Counted from the first letter of the stretch, positions 41,280 to 51,160 are shown. The stretch: DNA of 64,000 bases from Longimicrobiales bacterium (GCA_963422615.1 OY730414.1:1968302-2032301); one strand, 5' to 3'. Program-made: numbers and translations. The notes: a model not told the origin generated them from the letters alone.

Positions 41280-41550
41280 ATCGGGAAATCAATCCAGATC
41301 TGGCGGGCGCGGGAATGACGGTGGGGGCCGGGGAGCGCCTTGCGTCATGCTCCCAGGCTCCGATCGGACGTAATGGGACCGCTCGCCCCCCAACCCGCCG
41401 ATCCGGGGCCGGACCGTAGGGGATGGCGTGCGCCACCGAAGGGAGGGGCCGCACCCTCGGACTTGGCAGGCGGATACGGGGCATATTGTTCCCGTGAGCG
41501 GCGTCTTTGCCGCCGGCATTCTTGGCACCTCCTTGTTGGGAGGGCACGCC

Positions 41551-41652
41551 ATGAAAAGCAGCGCGTGGAATATGGCGGGTAGCGCCGCGGCCGTGTTTCT
41601 GGTCTTCGGGCTGGCCGCGTGTGACACATCGACCGGTTCCCGGGCTGTGTGA
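41551..41652 (+). CDS. Very short putative lipoprotein (33 aa), possibly frameshift-truncated
   Basis: GGGAGG RBS, then MKSSAWNMAGSAAAVFLVFGLAAC-DTSTGSRAV. Confidence 0.4.
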   Translation: MKSSAWNMAGSAAAVFLVFGLAACDTSTGSRAV

Positions 41653-41764
41653 CCTCGACGAGGAGGACGACACCGATCCCGACTCCCCGGAGGGGGCGGT
41701 CAGGCCTAGGTCCGCTTGATGACCCGGGCAGCTTCGTGGCTGTTGCTGGCGGCCAGAATCGCGA

Positions 41765-41944
41765 TTACTTGAGAAACCGCAGCCCCAACCCCGCAGCCAG
41801 CACCCCGATCCCCGCCCAAATCAGCCACCTCCACCCCAGGGCCATTCCGGCGAAGGCCAAGCTCGCCCCGATGGCAAAAAGGCGAACTCTCCACCCAAGG
41901 AACCTGTCGTCCTTCTCGGAACGCTGTCGCGAAGGCCGAAACAT
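41765..41944 (-). CDS. Small 2-TM hypothetical protein
   Basis: Starts 1 nt after the upstream stop. WRVRLFAIGASLAFAGMALGWRWLIWAGIGVL. Confidence 0.65.
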   Translation of the reverse strand: MFRPSRQRSEKDDRFLGWRVRLFAIGASLAFAGMALGWRWLIWAGIGVLAAGLGLRFLK

Positions 41945-41945
41945 G

Positions 41946-43193
41946 CTACCCGTCCGTCTCCTTCGCACCTAGGAAGTCGTCAACCCCTCGCCGGCATTCT
42001 TCGGTGTGGCGAGCAACGACGTTGACTTCGGCGCCCCGGGCGATCGCATCTTCGAATCCCGTTCCGTCCAAACCGTAGAGAAGCCGTTTGGTCAGAGCAA
42101 CGGCAGTCGGGGGTCGGCCCGCCAGATCCGCCAGGTATTCTTGAACTGTCGCCGGAAACGCCGCTGCCCGAAACACCTGGTTGACCAACCCCAAGGATGC
42201 CGCCTCTTCCGCCCCGATCCGGTGTCCTCCCAGCAGGAGCTCGAAAGCGGCCGACTCCCTCACCTTTCTCTTGAGGATCGCCATGACCACCGCCGGGACA
42301 AAGCCCAGGTGGATTTCGGGGTATCCGAAGCGGGCCTCTTCGTGGGCGATGACCAGGTCGCACGCCGAGGCCAGACCGCACCCGCCGCCCAAGGCTCGCC
42401 CCGTGACGACGGCGACCACGGGCTTGGTCAAGCGTCGGATCTTGATGAACACATCCCCCAGCGCCTGAGCTTGGGCCAGCGCCAACTCCGGCCCTCGGGC
42501 CCGGGAGGCCGCGACCTCGGCCAAGTCGGCTCCGGCACAGAAATCCCGTCCGGCACCCCGGAGAGCAAGGACTCGCACCGCCGGATCCGCCCCGAACCGG
42601 GACAGGAACCCAGAGAGCTCGTTGATCATGCTGGAAGTGAGGGCATTCCGCTTCCAAGGGCGATTCAGGGTCAGGTAGGCAACGCCGGCAACGGCCTCCG
42701 CCAGAACCGGAGATTCACCCTTCATTCCCACCGACCCCACCTGTCCAATGCGGCTTTCTGCCGCCCTGCCTCCCTTTGGTTGGACACGCCGATCGCCCGC
42801 AGACGAGGGGTGACCGCCCCGCCCCGCGTTCCGCGCCCCCGGGTGTCGGCCCCGGCCTCGTACCCTCTTGGCGACGTCGGGCGGCACACCGACCTCCATG
42901 CGGAGCATGGCGGTACTGAACACTTTGCCCTGGGCGTCGGTCTTGAGAGACACCGTTCCACCCCCGTCCAGGGCCCCGTGCAGGAGAAAGTTCAGCGCGT
43001 GAAGGCGGGGAAGCTCGAAGCGCTCCACCTTCCCCTTCACAAGGCTTCCAAAATGCTCCGCTACCCGGTCTACCGTAAGCTGTTCCAGAAGAATCGGATA
43101 GTCTTCCGGATCATACGCGATGACGCCCACGTTCGCCGTGTTCCCCTTGTCTCCCGAGCGGGCGTGGGCGAGCTCCAGCAGGGGCACCTTCAT
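41946..43193 (-). CDS. Fusion of an AtuA-like C-terminal ferredoxin-fold domain and an enoyl-CoA hydratase (methylglutaconyl-CoA hydratase-like)
   Basis: AHARSGDKG...ALDGGGTVSLKTDAQGK, a Gly/Arg linker, then LNRPWKRNAL, FCAGADL, GGGCGL and PEIHLGFVPA. Confidence 0.85.
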   Translation of the reverse strand: MKVPLLELAHARSGDKGNTANVGVIAYDPEDYPILLEQLTVDRVAEHFGSLVKGKVERFELPRLHALNFLLHGALDGGGTVSLKTDAQGKVFSTAMLRMEVGVPPDVAKRVRGRGRHPGARNAGRGGHPSSAGDRRVQPKGGRAAESRIGQVGSVGMKGESPVLAEAVAGVAYLTLNRPWKRNALTSSMINELSGFLSRFGADPAVRVLALRGAGRDFCAGADLAEVAASRARGPELALAQAQALGDVFIKIRRLTKPVVAVVTGRALGGGCGLASACDLVIAHEEARFGYPEIHLGFVPAVVMAILKRKVRESAAFELLLGGHRIGAEEAASLGLVNQVFRAAAFPATVQEYLADLAGRPPTAVALTKRLLYGLDGTGFEDAIARGAEVNVVARHTEECRRGVDDFLGAKETDG

Positions 43194-44569
43194 ATCGGAA
43201 GGAAGTCCACCGACAGAAAGGGTTCCACTGCGGTACGATCAATCAGGGCAGGCCAGTAGGCCATGATCTCCCGGACCCGGGGTCGACCCCCCGAGAAACC
43301 GGTGACCGACGGAGGGCCCGTCAACAAGAGAGGCGCGATTTCGCGAGTAAACCGCGCCACCGCGTTCCGGTCTTGGCTCCTCACGCCCACCCGAAGTTGG
43401 ACTTCCGGCAAGTCCGGGGGCGGCACTCCGGCAAGGTGGCCGTGGGTGGACTCCCATCCCACCAGCTCCGTGAGCACCTTGTCGAAAGCCAGTCCGTAAC
43501 GGTCCAGCCGCTCCCGAAGGATCTGCGCCGCCGCCCGCGCCTTCGCCGCCGCGTCGGGCCAGGCATAGATCAGGGTCCCCACCGCCTTGTATCCCGCCGA
43601 ATAGGCAACGGATACCTTGAGGAATGGGGTTGCCGGCCGACCCCGGACACCGTCCACCCGGACCCGGTCCCCACCCTCGTCCGACAGGCGGACCCTCGTG
43701 AAATCGGCGATCACGTCTGGGGTAATGTACTCGGAAGGATCGCCCATCTCGTAGACGATCTGCTCGGCGACCGTGCGCGCGGTCACCGCACCACCGGAGC
43801 CCGGGTGCTTGGTGACGACGAAGTCGCCTCCGGGCCGGGCCTCGATGACGGGGAATCCGACCTCCGCCAAGTTGGAGAGGTTCCACCACTCCGCCGAGCA
43901 GTTGCCGCCGCTGGCCTGAGCGCCACACTCGTTGATGTGACCGGCCACGACCCCAGCGGCCAGAAGATCGTAGGTGTCCCAGGGCCAGCCGAACTCCCGC
44001 ACCATGGGGCCGTAGGTCAGCGCGGTGTCCGTCGAACGTCCCGTTACGATCACCTGTGCCCCCCCCTCCAAAGCCCTCACGATGGGGCGGGCCCCCATGT
44101 AGACGTTGGCGCTCCGGACCCGGTCCCGGATCTGCTTCAGAGGCTCGCCCGTCTCCATGTTCGCCAGGAGGTGTCCAGCCGCAAGAAGGGCATCCAGGCG
44201 CTCCATCAAGTCGTCTCCGGTTACCACCGCAATCCGGACTTGCCCGCCACCGACCCCTACCCGTCGGCCCGCTTGGGCCACCGCGCGTCCACACTCGACC
44301 GGATTCACACCCCCGGCGTTGGACACGATCTTGATGTTCCGCTCCACGCACGTCGGGAGGATGCGCTCCATAAGGGACACGAAGTCCCGGGCGTATCCGG
44401 TGGCCGGATCTCGGAGCCGCTGTTTCTGCAGGATGGACATGGTGACTTCGGCGAGGTAGTCCAGCACGAGGTAGTCGATGGCTCCGCCTTCCACTTGGCG
44501 CACAGGCGCCTCGGGGTCGTCGCCCCAGAAGCCCTGCCCGGCGGCAATCCGCACCATGGGTCTCGTCAC
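43190..44569 (-). CDS. Acyclic terpene utilization AtuA-family protein (DUF1446)
   Basis: GQGFWGD, DYLAEVTM, NAGGVNP and GHINECGAQASGGN. Confidence 0.9.
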   Translation of the reverse strand: MTRPMVRIAAGQGFWGDDPEAPVRQVEGGAIDYLVLDYLAEVTMSILQKQRLRDPATGYARDFVSLMERILPTCVERNIKIVSNAGGVNPVECGRAVAQAGRRVGVGGGQVRIAVVTGDDLMERLDALLAAGHLLANMETGEPLKQIRDRVRSANVYMGARPIVRALEGGAQVIVTGRSTDTALTYGPMVREFGWPWDTYDLLAAGVVAGHINECGAQASGGNCSAEWWNLSNLAEVGFPVIEARPGGDFVVTKHPGSGGAVTARTVAEQIVYEMGDPSEYITPDVIADFTRVRLSDEGGDRVRVDGVRGRPATPFLKVSVAYSAGYKAVGTLIYAWPDAAAKARAAAQILRERLDRYGLAFDKVLTELVGWESTHGHLAGVPPPDLPEVQLRVGVRSQDRNAVARFTREIAPLLLTGPPSVTGFSGGRPRVREIMAYWPALIDRTAVEPFLSVDFLPI

Positions 44570-46428
44570 GGATTCCTCTCCCGGGCGGCGCGAAGCCCAC
44601 GCCCTTCCGGTCCCCCGGTCTGACCCGGCGGACTCCCGGGCTGCACGGCGTCCGGGAAGGGCTCGGGCGGCTCTTCCCCCAGCCCCAAAGGAAGCGCAAA
44701 GGGGCCCAGGTGGGGTCCGGGGTTGTTCCGGGCGGCGCGAAGCAAGAGCGTGAGTACGCCTCGGAGCTCCTCCGGAAGGACCACCGCGTCCACGAAACCC
44801 CGGGCAGCGGCGAAACGCGCGTCCAGCTGACGGTCGTATTCTGCCCGAACCCTGTCCATCCGTGCCGCCAGCTCCTCGTCCGGGGCCTTGCCCTCGGCCT
44901 CAAGCCGTTCCAGCTGGGTGCCGAATAGGGCGACTACGGCGCTCTCCCCTTCCATGACCCCCATGCGCCCGGAAGGCAGCGTGAGGATGAAATCGGGGTC
45001 GAAGCCCTGCCCCGCCATGGCATAGTAACCCGCACCGGAAGCGTGGTTCAAAGTGAGGACCAGTTTCGGTACCGTTGCCGCGGCCATGGCCTCCACGAAG
45101 CGGGCACCCGCCCGGATGATCCCGCTGTGCTCCGCCTTGGCCCCCACCATGAATCCGGAGACATCCTGAACAAAGAGGATAGGAAGCCTCAAGCGATTCA
45201 TCGTCTCAATGAAGTACGCAGCCTTCTCCGCCGACTCCCTGTACACGATGCCCCCGAAGCGGGGCGGTCCCGGGCGGGCGTCCTTGACCATACGCCGTCG
45301 GTTCGCGATCACGGCGGTCACGATCCCGGAGACGGTACCGGTACCGCAGATCAGCTCACGGGCATATCCCGACTGAAATTCGGAGAAACTTCCACCGTCC
45401 AGGATGACGTCCAACACCGCCCCCATGTCGTAGGGCCTCCGATGATCGTCCGGGAGCAAGTCGTACAGGTCGGTGGCCGGGCGGGACGGAGCCTGTCCGC
45501 CGGCCGAGGTAGGCGCGGCGGGCGGGCCTTCCGAATCGGGCGCGGGCGGGCCTTCCGGAGCCATTGCAACCCCAGGCGGGGCCGAAACGCCGTCGGATCG
45601 GGGTCCGACTCTTGGGGTCCTTTCCGCCCCGAAACCTGGAAGCCCTGGGAGGGCCGAGACCAAGCTCCTCAGCTTCGCGATGCACGCTTCGTCCGAAGCG
45701 ACCCTATAGTGCGCCACACCGCTCACCTCCACATGGACGGCGGCCCCTCCCAACGATTCCCTGTCCATCGTCCGACCGGTGGCCCCCCGGACCAGATTCG
45801 GACCCCCCAGCCCCATGAAGCTGGTTCCCTCCACCATGACGATGATGTCCGACAGGGCCGGAAGGTAGGCCCCTCCGGCAATGCACGGCCCCATGACCGC
45901 CGCGAACTGGGGAACCTTCAGGTACCGGCGCATAATGGTGTTGTAGTAGAAGATCCGTGCGGCGCCGTATTTTCCTGGAAAGACTCCCTCCTGATAGGGC
46001 AGGTTCACCCCCGCAGAATCCACCAGGTAGAGAATGGGAATCCGGCACCGCATTGCAATCTCCTGGGCCCGGAGAATCTTGCTGATTGTCTCCGGCCACC
46101 ACGATCCGGCCTTGACTGTTGCATCGTTGGCAACGACCACCACCTCCCGACCCGCCACAACCCCCACGCCAGTGACCACTCCTGCCCCCGGCGCCTCCCC
46201 GTCGTAGCGGTCGTGGGCGACGAGCAGACCGACCTCGACCCAGGTGGCATCCCGATCCAAGAGCAGACCCACGCGGTCCCGGGCGATGAGCTTCCCCTGC
46301 GCCCTCTGCCGCCGGATTCGCTTGACTCCGCCCCCCAACCGCAACCGCCCGCGAAGGGCCAGAAGTTCCCGGCTCAGCTCGGCCAGACGACCCGCACGGC
46401 CCGCGAGATCTTCCGGGACGGGCTCCAC
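44566..46428 (-). CDS. Acyl-CoA carboxylase carboxyltransferase subunit (MCC-beta/AtuC-like)
   Basis: ANDATVKAG, VDSAGVNL, CIAGGAY, QDVSGFMVG and GAGYYAM. Confidence 0.92.
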   Translation of the reverse strand: MEPVPEDLAGRAGRLAELSRELLALRGRLRLGGGVKRIRRQRAQGKLIARDRVGLLLDRDATWVEVGLLVAHDRYDGEAPGAGVVTGVGVVAGREVVVVANDATVKAGSWWPETISKILRAQEIAMRCRIPILYLVDSAGVNLPYQEGVFPGKYGAARIFYYNTIMRRYLKVPQFAAVMGPCIAGGAYLPALSDIIVMVEGTSFMGLGGPNLVRGATGRTMDRESLGGAAVHVEVSGVAHYRVASDEACIAKLRSLVSALPGLPGFGAERTPRVGPRSDGVSAPPGVAMAPEGPPAPDSEGPPAAPTSAGGQAPSRPATDLYDLLPDDHRRPYDMGAVLDVILDGGSFSEFQSGYARELICGTGTVSGIVTAVIANRRRMVKDARPGPPRFGGIVYRESAEKAAYFIETMNRLRLPILFVQDVSGFMVGAKAEHSGIIRAGARFVEAMAAATVPKLVLTLNHASGAGYYAMAGQGFDPDFILTLPSGRMGVMEGESAVVALFGTQLERLEAEGKAPDEELAARMDRVRAEYDRQLDARFAAARGFVDAVVLPEELRGVLTLLLRAARNNPGPHLGPFALPLGLGEEPPEPFPDAVQPGSPPGQTGGPEGRGLRAARERNP

Positions 46429-46848
46429 CTAGTACGGATCCTCCCGCTCGGCAAACCAACTCCGAATGTACTCAACGGCCTCCGTGGTCGTGGTTCCCGG
46501 CCCGAAGAGCCGCCCTACGCCCTCCGTCCGCAGCGCATCGGCGTCCCGTTCGGGGATGATCCCGCCACCGGTCAGCAGGACATGTTCCAGGCCTTCGCCG
46601 TCCAGCAACTGCCGCACCCGGGGGAACAAGGTCATGTGTGCGCCGGACAGGATCGACATCGCCACCACATCCACGTCTTCCTGAATCGCAGCAGCAGCGA
46701 CCATCTCGGGGGTCTGGTGGAGGCCTGTGTAGATCACTTCGAATCCGGCGTCCCGGAAGGCGGAGGCGATCACTTTGGCTCCCCGGTCGTGACCGTCCAG
46801 GCCCGGCTTCGCCACCAGGACGCGTACCTTCCTATCCGGCTGGGGCAT
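46429..46848 (-). CDS. Cobalamin-binding small subunit of an acyl-CoA mutase (MCM/ICM type)
   Basis: [13 protein letters not shown] (DxHxxG), SILSGAH and TGGGIIP. Confidence 0.92.
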   Translation of the reverse strand: MPQPDRKVRVLVAKPGLDGHDRGAKVIASAFRDAGFEVIYTGLHQTPEMVAAAAIQEDVDVVAMSILSGAHMTLFPRVRQLLDGEGLEHVLLTGGGIIPERDADALRTEGVGRLFGPGTTTTEAVEYIRSWFAEREDPY

Positions 46849-47184
46849 AAAGTGGCGCTCTTGATCGGTTCGGGGTTGCGCATGGACCTCATGCCAAGCT
46901 AAGCGATCAAGCCAAGCCTGGCGAAGAAGAAAGTTCTTCGGCTCCGCGGCCGGATAGGTTCCAGCCCGGGAGCGCCCAAGTGGGAATGGGCGGTACCCCA
47001 GGGACGCGGGATGGCTGCCCCGCGGCCTGCTGGATGACCCCACACGGGGCCCCCTTCCCGGCTCCCTTCGTCTCCGTCAAGTTGGATGAAATCCCTCAGG
47101 AAAAGTACTATTGAGCCGCGGCAGTCCCTTTCCCCTGTGCGTTTTCGGCCCAATCGGCCCAATCTGCCCCTCCGGTGTCCTCCC

Positions 47185-48135
47185 TTGACCCGTATTGAAC
47201 CTTCGCTTCTTGATCTGTACGTCCGAAAAGTCGGTGAGGAGCACGTGCGGCGAAATGTCCACTTGGGACCTAGGACCACCTTCAAGATCGGCGGTCCCGC
47301 GGACCTATACTGCCGAGCGCGCTCAGCCCGCGAACTTCGCCGAGCCGTCGTCACGGCCCGCGAATTGGGGCTTCCCTGCTTCGTCCTGGGCCGTGGGGCC
47401 AACATTCTGGTCGGAGACCCCGGATTCCGGGGCGTGGTCGTCCGGTGCGACATTTCCACCCTTGAATTTCTTCCCGAAGGCCGGATCGTGGCCGGCGCCG
47501 GACTGGACACCTTTCCGGACCTGATCCATGCCACCGTGGTCCGCGGCCTTGGCGGCGTTCACCACTTTGTGGGCATCCCCAGTACGGTCGGGGGCGCGGT
47601 GTGGCAGAACCTCCACTTCCTCTCCCCCGCGCCCGAGCGGGAACGAACGGTTTTCTGGGCCGAAGTGATGGAGGGCGCAACGATCCTGACCCCCGGGGGG
47701 GAGGTTCGCCGGGTTGGACCGGACTACTTCCGATTCGGATACGACTACAGCGCAATCCACGACACAGGCGACCTGGTCCTGGATGTATCCCTCAAACTCA
47801 AACCCGCACCGGTGGCCGAGCTCCGGCGGGTGATTCGGGAGAACCTCGCTTGGCGGGACGAACGGCACCCGGACCTGTGGCTCTACCCTTGCGCGGGCTC
47901 CATCTTCAAGAAGATTGAAGGGATCGGCGCGGGTCGGCTGATTGATGAATGCGGACTGAAGGGGCACGTTCATGGGGCTGCCCAGATCTTCCACAAGCAC
48001 GCCAACATCATCGTGAATCTGGGTGGGGCAACGGCCCAAGACGTCCGAGCCCTGATCGATCTGGCCCAGTCCGTGGTGTTGAAGGAAACGGGATACGAAC
48101 TGGAACCCGAGATCAGCTTTATCGGGGACTTCTGA
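47185..48135 (+). CDS. murB: UDP-N-acetylenolpyruvoylglucosamine reductase
   Basis: FKIGGPAD, LGRGANILV, GIPSTVGGA, AGSIFK, KHANIIVN and LEPE. Start uncertain. Confidence 0.92.
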   Translation: MTRIEPSLLDLYVRKVGEEHVRRNVHLGPRTTFKIGGPADLYCRARSARELRRAVVTARELGLPCFVLGRGANILVGDPGFRGVVVRCDISTLEFLPEGRIVAGAGLDTFPDLIHATVVRGLGGVHHFVGIPSTVGGAVWQNLHFLSPAPERERTVFWAEVMEGATILTPGGEVRRVGPDYFRFGYDYSAIHDTGDLVLDVSLKLKPAPVAELRRVIRENLAWRDERHPDLWLYPCAGSIFKKIEGIGAGRLIDECGLKGHVHGAAQIFHKHANIIVNLGGATAQDVRALIDLAQSVVLKETGYELEPEISFIGDF

Positions 48136-48159
48136 CCCAGCGGAACCCGAGTCGCACCT

Positions 48160-48855
48160 TCAGGCTCGGAAGCCCTTGGCCAGGGCCCGGACCACATCCG
48201 GGTCCACTCGGTGTCCCCCGCGGAAGGAACGCCGCTCAGGAGCGATGCCCGCCGCCGCCAAGCGCTCGTCCTGGCGCCGCTGGTACTCTGGCTGGGAGGC
48301 TGGGTCCTCGTCTCCGAACACGAGCGTCACCCTCGTCCCGGCCAAGCGGTCCTCGATCTTCGGATCCGGGGGCAGGTATTCTCCCCACAACACGAGCTCG
48401 TCCGCCACTGTGGTCCCCAGGGCTGCCCACCGAGCCGCCGTATGGGCACCCTGGGAGAACCCCAGAACCACGGTCTTCGGACGTCTCCTGTTCCCGTTTC
48501 CAACAAGGACCCGGGCGGCGAGCCCGTCCAGGTACCTCACATAATCCCGAACTTCGTTCTTCCGGTCGGTTCGTGTCATCCAGCTTGCCCCGACCCTGAT
48601 TTCGGCACCGTGCCGTCCAGGAGCCGGGTCGATATAGAACCGGCTCAGCGCCTCGGGTGCCACGACCACACCGCCGACCTCGACCACGCCCGCAAAACGG
48701 CGAATGAACCGGTTCGCGAGCTGGCGGTAACCGTGACAAACGAACCAGAGCTGCGTCGTGGCGTCGCACAGTTCACCCAGCTGAAAGAAGCGGGCCGTGC
48801 GGACAACCTGGATGTGTCTCTCCACAAGAGCGGATCCGGCCGCCTCCCGTTTCAC
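48160..48855 (-). CDS. Phospholipase/carboxylesterase-family alpha/beta hydrolase
   Basis: HGY, APEALSRFY, GASWMT, GFSQG and GGH. GTGA overlap with the MATE stop. Confidence 0.85.
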   Translation of the reverse strand: MKREAAGSALVERHIQVVRTARFFQLGELCDATTQLWFVCHGYRQLANRFIRRFAGVVEVGGVVVAPEALSRFYIDPAPGRHGAEIRVGASWMTRTDRKNEVRDYVRYLDGLAARVLVGNGNRRRPKTVVLGFSQGAHTAARWAALGTTVADELVLWGEYLPPDPKIEDRLAGTRVTLVFGDEDPASQPEYQRRQDERLAAAGIAPERRSFRGGHRVDPDVVRALAKGFRA

Positions 48856-50279
48856 GACTCCGACGGCCCCCTTCCGAGTGGTCCGTCGGATGGCGTCGCA
48901 GACCCGAAGGAGACCCGCACAAGAGGCCCCCGGAGCCGATTCCACACGCGGATCAAAAGGAGGATCGCAACCGCGCCCAGCCCCGCAGCCAACCCCCACC
49001 ACAATCCCGCGGGTCCCATCCCTTGGCCAAAGCCGAACCACAGGCTTACGGGCATTCCCACCAGCCAAAAGCCGAGAAGGTTGTACATCAAGGGCCGTAA
49101 CGTATCCGCTACGCCCCGGAGCACACCCGCGCACACCACCTGGATTCCGTCGAACAGCTGGAAGACGCCGGCGATCGGCAGCAGTGCTGCGGCCACCGCA
49201 ATCACAGCGGCCATGTCTGTAAATTGAACCGAAAGCTGTTCGGGAAGCCCGAGAAACACCGACGCACTGACCGACATGGTCAGACAACCAACCATCAAAG
49301 CCGCCCCCGCGAAGCGCCGCGCCCTTTCGGGATCCTCTGCTCCCACCGACTTGCCCACGAGAACCGCACCCGCCTGGGCGATCCCCACGGGAACCATGAA
49401 CGTAAGTGCCGCCAAGTTGACCGCGATTTGGTGCCCGGCCATCGCCTCGGCACCCAGCCAGCCCATGAGGATTCCGATGGTCCCGAAGGCGCCGAACTCA
49501 AGCCCCAAGTGGATGCCGATGGGAGCACCCACCCGAACCATGCCGAATAGGGGCCGCCGTTCCAAGACATCCCGCCGAACCCGGCGGAGGTAGGGGGACA
49601 AGCTCGGCCAAGCCAGTCCCAACGCGCCGATCCACATGAACCAGCGGGAGATGGCGGTGGCCCATCCCGAACCGATTGCGCCCATCGCCGGCGCGCCCAA
49701 ATTGCCGAAAACCAGGACCCAGTTGGCGAACGCGTTCAGCAGATTTGCCAACACGACGATCCAGACCACCGGCGCGACCCGACCGACGGCCTGAAGGCTT
49801 TGGCGGAAAACGATAAACCCGTAAAAGGGGAGCATCCCGGCGATCAGGGCGCGGGCATATCCGGCGGCCAGGGGAACGACTTCTTCCGGCTGCCGCAACG
49901 CGTTGAGCACCGGTCCAGCCATTGCGAGGGCCATGGAGGTCAGAAGCGCGAGAACCAAAGCGAGAACGAGCCCCCGCTGGACCGCGACTTCGATGCCGTC
50001 TTCGTCCTCGGCGCCGAATGCCTGGGAGACGATGGGGTCCAGCGCCAGCAGAAGGCCCAGACCGAAGACCGAAATTCCGAAGAAATAGAGGTTACCCAGG
50101 GCCACAGCGGCAAGATCGGGCGCAGAGACCCGTCCGACCATGGCCGTATCCACCACGCCCTGGAACACGATCCCGACCTGCACCACTGCCACCGGGAGCG
50201 CGAGAGAAACGAGGCGGCGGAGCTCGGAGCCCCCGGGACGAAAGCTGAGGAGGCTCGGGGCAGCCGATCTGGAGCGCAT
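48852..50279 (-). CDS. MATE family efflux transporter (NorM-like)
   Basis: VDTAMVG, HQIAVN and FQLFDGIQ. About 12 TM segments. Confidence 0.93.
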   Translation of the reverse strand: MRSRSAAPSLLSFRPGGSELRRLVSLALPVAVVQVGIVFQGVVDTAMVGRVSAPDLAAVALGNLYFFGISVFGLGLLLALDPIVSQAFGAEDEDGIEVAVQRGLVLALVLALLTSMALAMAGPVLNALRQPEEVVPLAAGYARALIAGMLPFYGFIVFRQSLQAVGRVAPVVWIVVLANLLNAFANWVLVFGNLGAPAMGAIGSGWATAISRWFMWIGALGLAWPSLSPYLRRVRRDVLERRPLFGMVRVGAPIGIHLGLEFGAFGTIGILMGWLGAEAMAGHQIAVNLAALTFMVPVGIAQAGAVLVGKSVGAEDPERARRFAGAALMVGCLTMSVSASVFLGLPEQLSVQFTDMAAVIAVAAALLPIAGVFQLFDGIQVVCAGVLRGVADTLRPLMYNLLGFWLVGMPVSLWFGFGQGMGPAGLWWGLAAGLGAVAILLLIRVWNRLRGPLVRVSFGSATPSDGPLGRGPSES

Positions 50280-50415
50280 TGAAATGGCGTCGGGGGCGCG
50301 GTTTGCAGTCGGGAGGACGGGGTAGCCGTCAAGGCGAGCCCGGGGACAGCTCTACGTTACAACAAACGCCAGCCCCCGATGGGCCGACCGCAATTCGGGA
50401 CGGCCGAGCTCATCC

Positions 50416-51160
50416 TCAATCTCCGGCGGCACCCTCGGCCTCCGTGCCATCGAGCCAGAACGGCTCCTCTGCCCGATATGGATTCTCATCCCGTTCTTTC
50501 GGGGGGCCCCGGTCGATCAAGCCGAAGCGGCGTACGAAGCCCGCGAGCCTGCGAGCTTCGGCCGCAAGCGCTTCGGTCGCAAGGCCCATCAGGGTCGTCC
50601 CGCCGGTGACATTCAAAATGACCTCGTCCGCGCCAACAAAGTGCCCGCGCGCAGCCGCCACCAACCGCTCAATCTCCCCTCGACCGCCATAGGGGTCGTC
50701 CAGACGAAGCCGCTTGATCGCGCCCCCGTATGTGGCGGCGGATGCGGCCTCCTCGATCTTCGTCTCCGACTCTCTAGAACAGATGACCAGGCACAAGGTC
50801 GGCTCTCCGATATCTTGTGCCGCCCGGCACGCCTGCAATGCGCTGAAGAGCACCCCGGGACGCATACCGATGGGGCTGACCAGGATCCGGCCTGTCCCTT
50901 GGCCAAGGGACAGGGAAACGTCCGGGCAGAAGTGGAGGGTGTTCTTCCAGTGGTACTCAATGCATTCGATCTTTTTCTTGAATTCTCTTCTCCCTACCAG
51001 GATTGGGGAGGCACTCCGAGATGGGCGGATTCGGGGCGAAGCTCCTCGAGCTGCCGCCAGAAGTTCCCCCCAAGCCCCTTTTGTTGTTCCGTTATACCGT
51101 CCCTGAGGTCGGGAGTTCCCGGGGCTGGGCCCGATCGCGCCCAGCAGACCCGCTCCGGTC
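50416..51160 (-). pseudogene. Frameshifted relic of a Csx1/TM1812-like CRISPR-associated HEPN + CARF protein
   Basis: Open frame 50416-~51000 reads ILVSPIGMRPGVLFSAL...ILNVTGGTTLMG (CARF-like). Another frame upstream reads ITEQQKGLGGNFWRQLEELRPESAHLG (degenerate R-x4-H). No in-frame ATG/GTG/TTG precedes the CARF first strand. Confidence 0.65.

Noticed and set aside
41522..41537. Sigma-54 promoter (TTGGCACCTCCTTGTT)
   Set aside because: Spacing is off by one base and the -12 GC is absent.
46849..47100. Cobalamin riboswitch upstream of the B12-binding gene
   Set aside because: The conserved B12-box elements could not be found in the right order on the minus strand.
50290..50307. attR copy of the tRNA-Pro 3' end
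   Set aside because: Only a short imperfect G/C-rich match, indistinguishable from chance.
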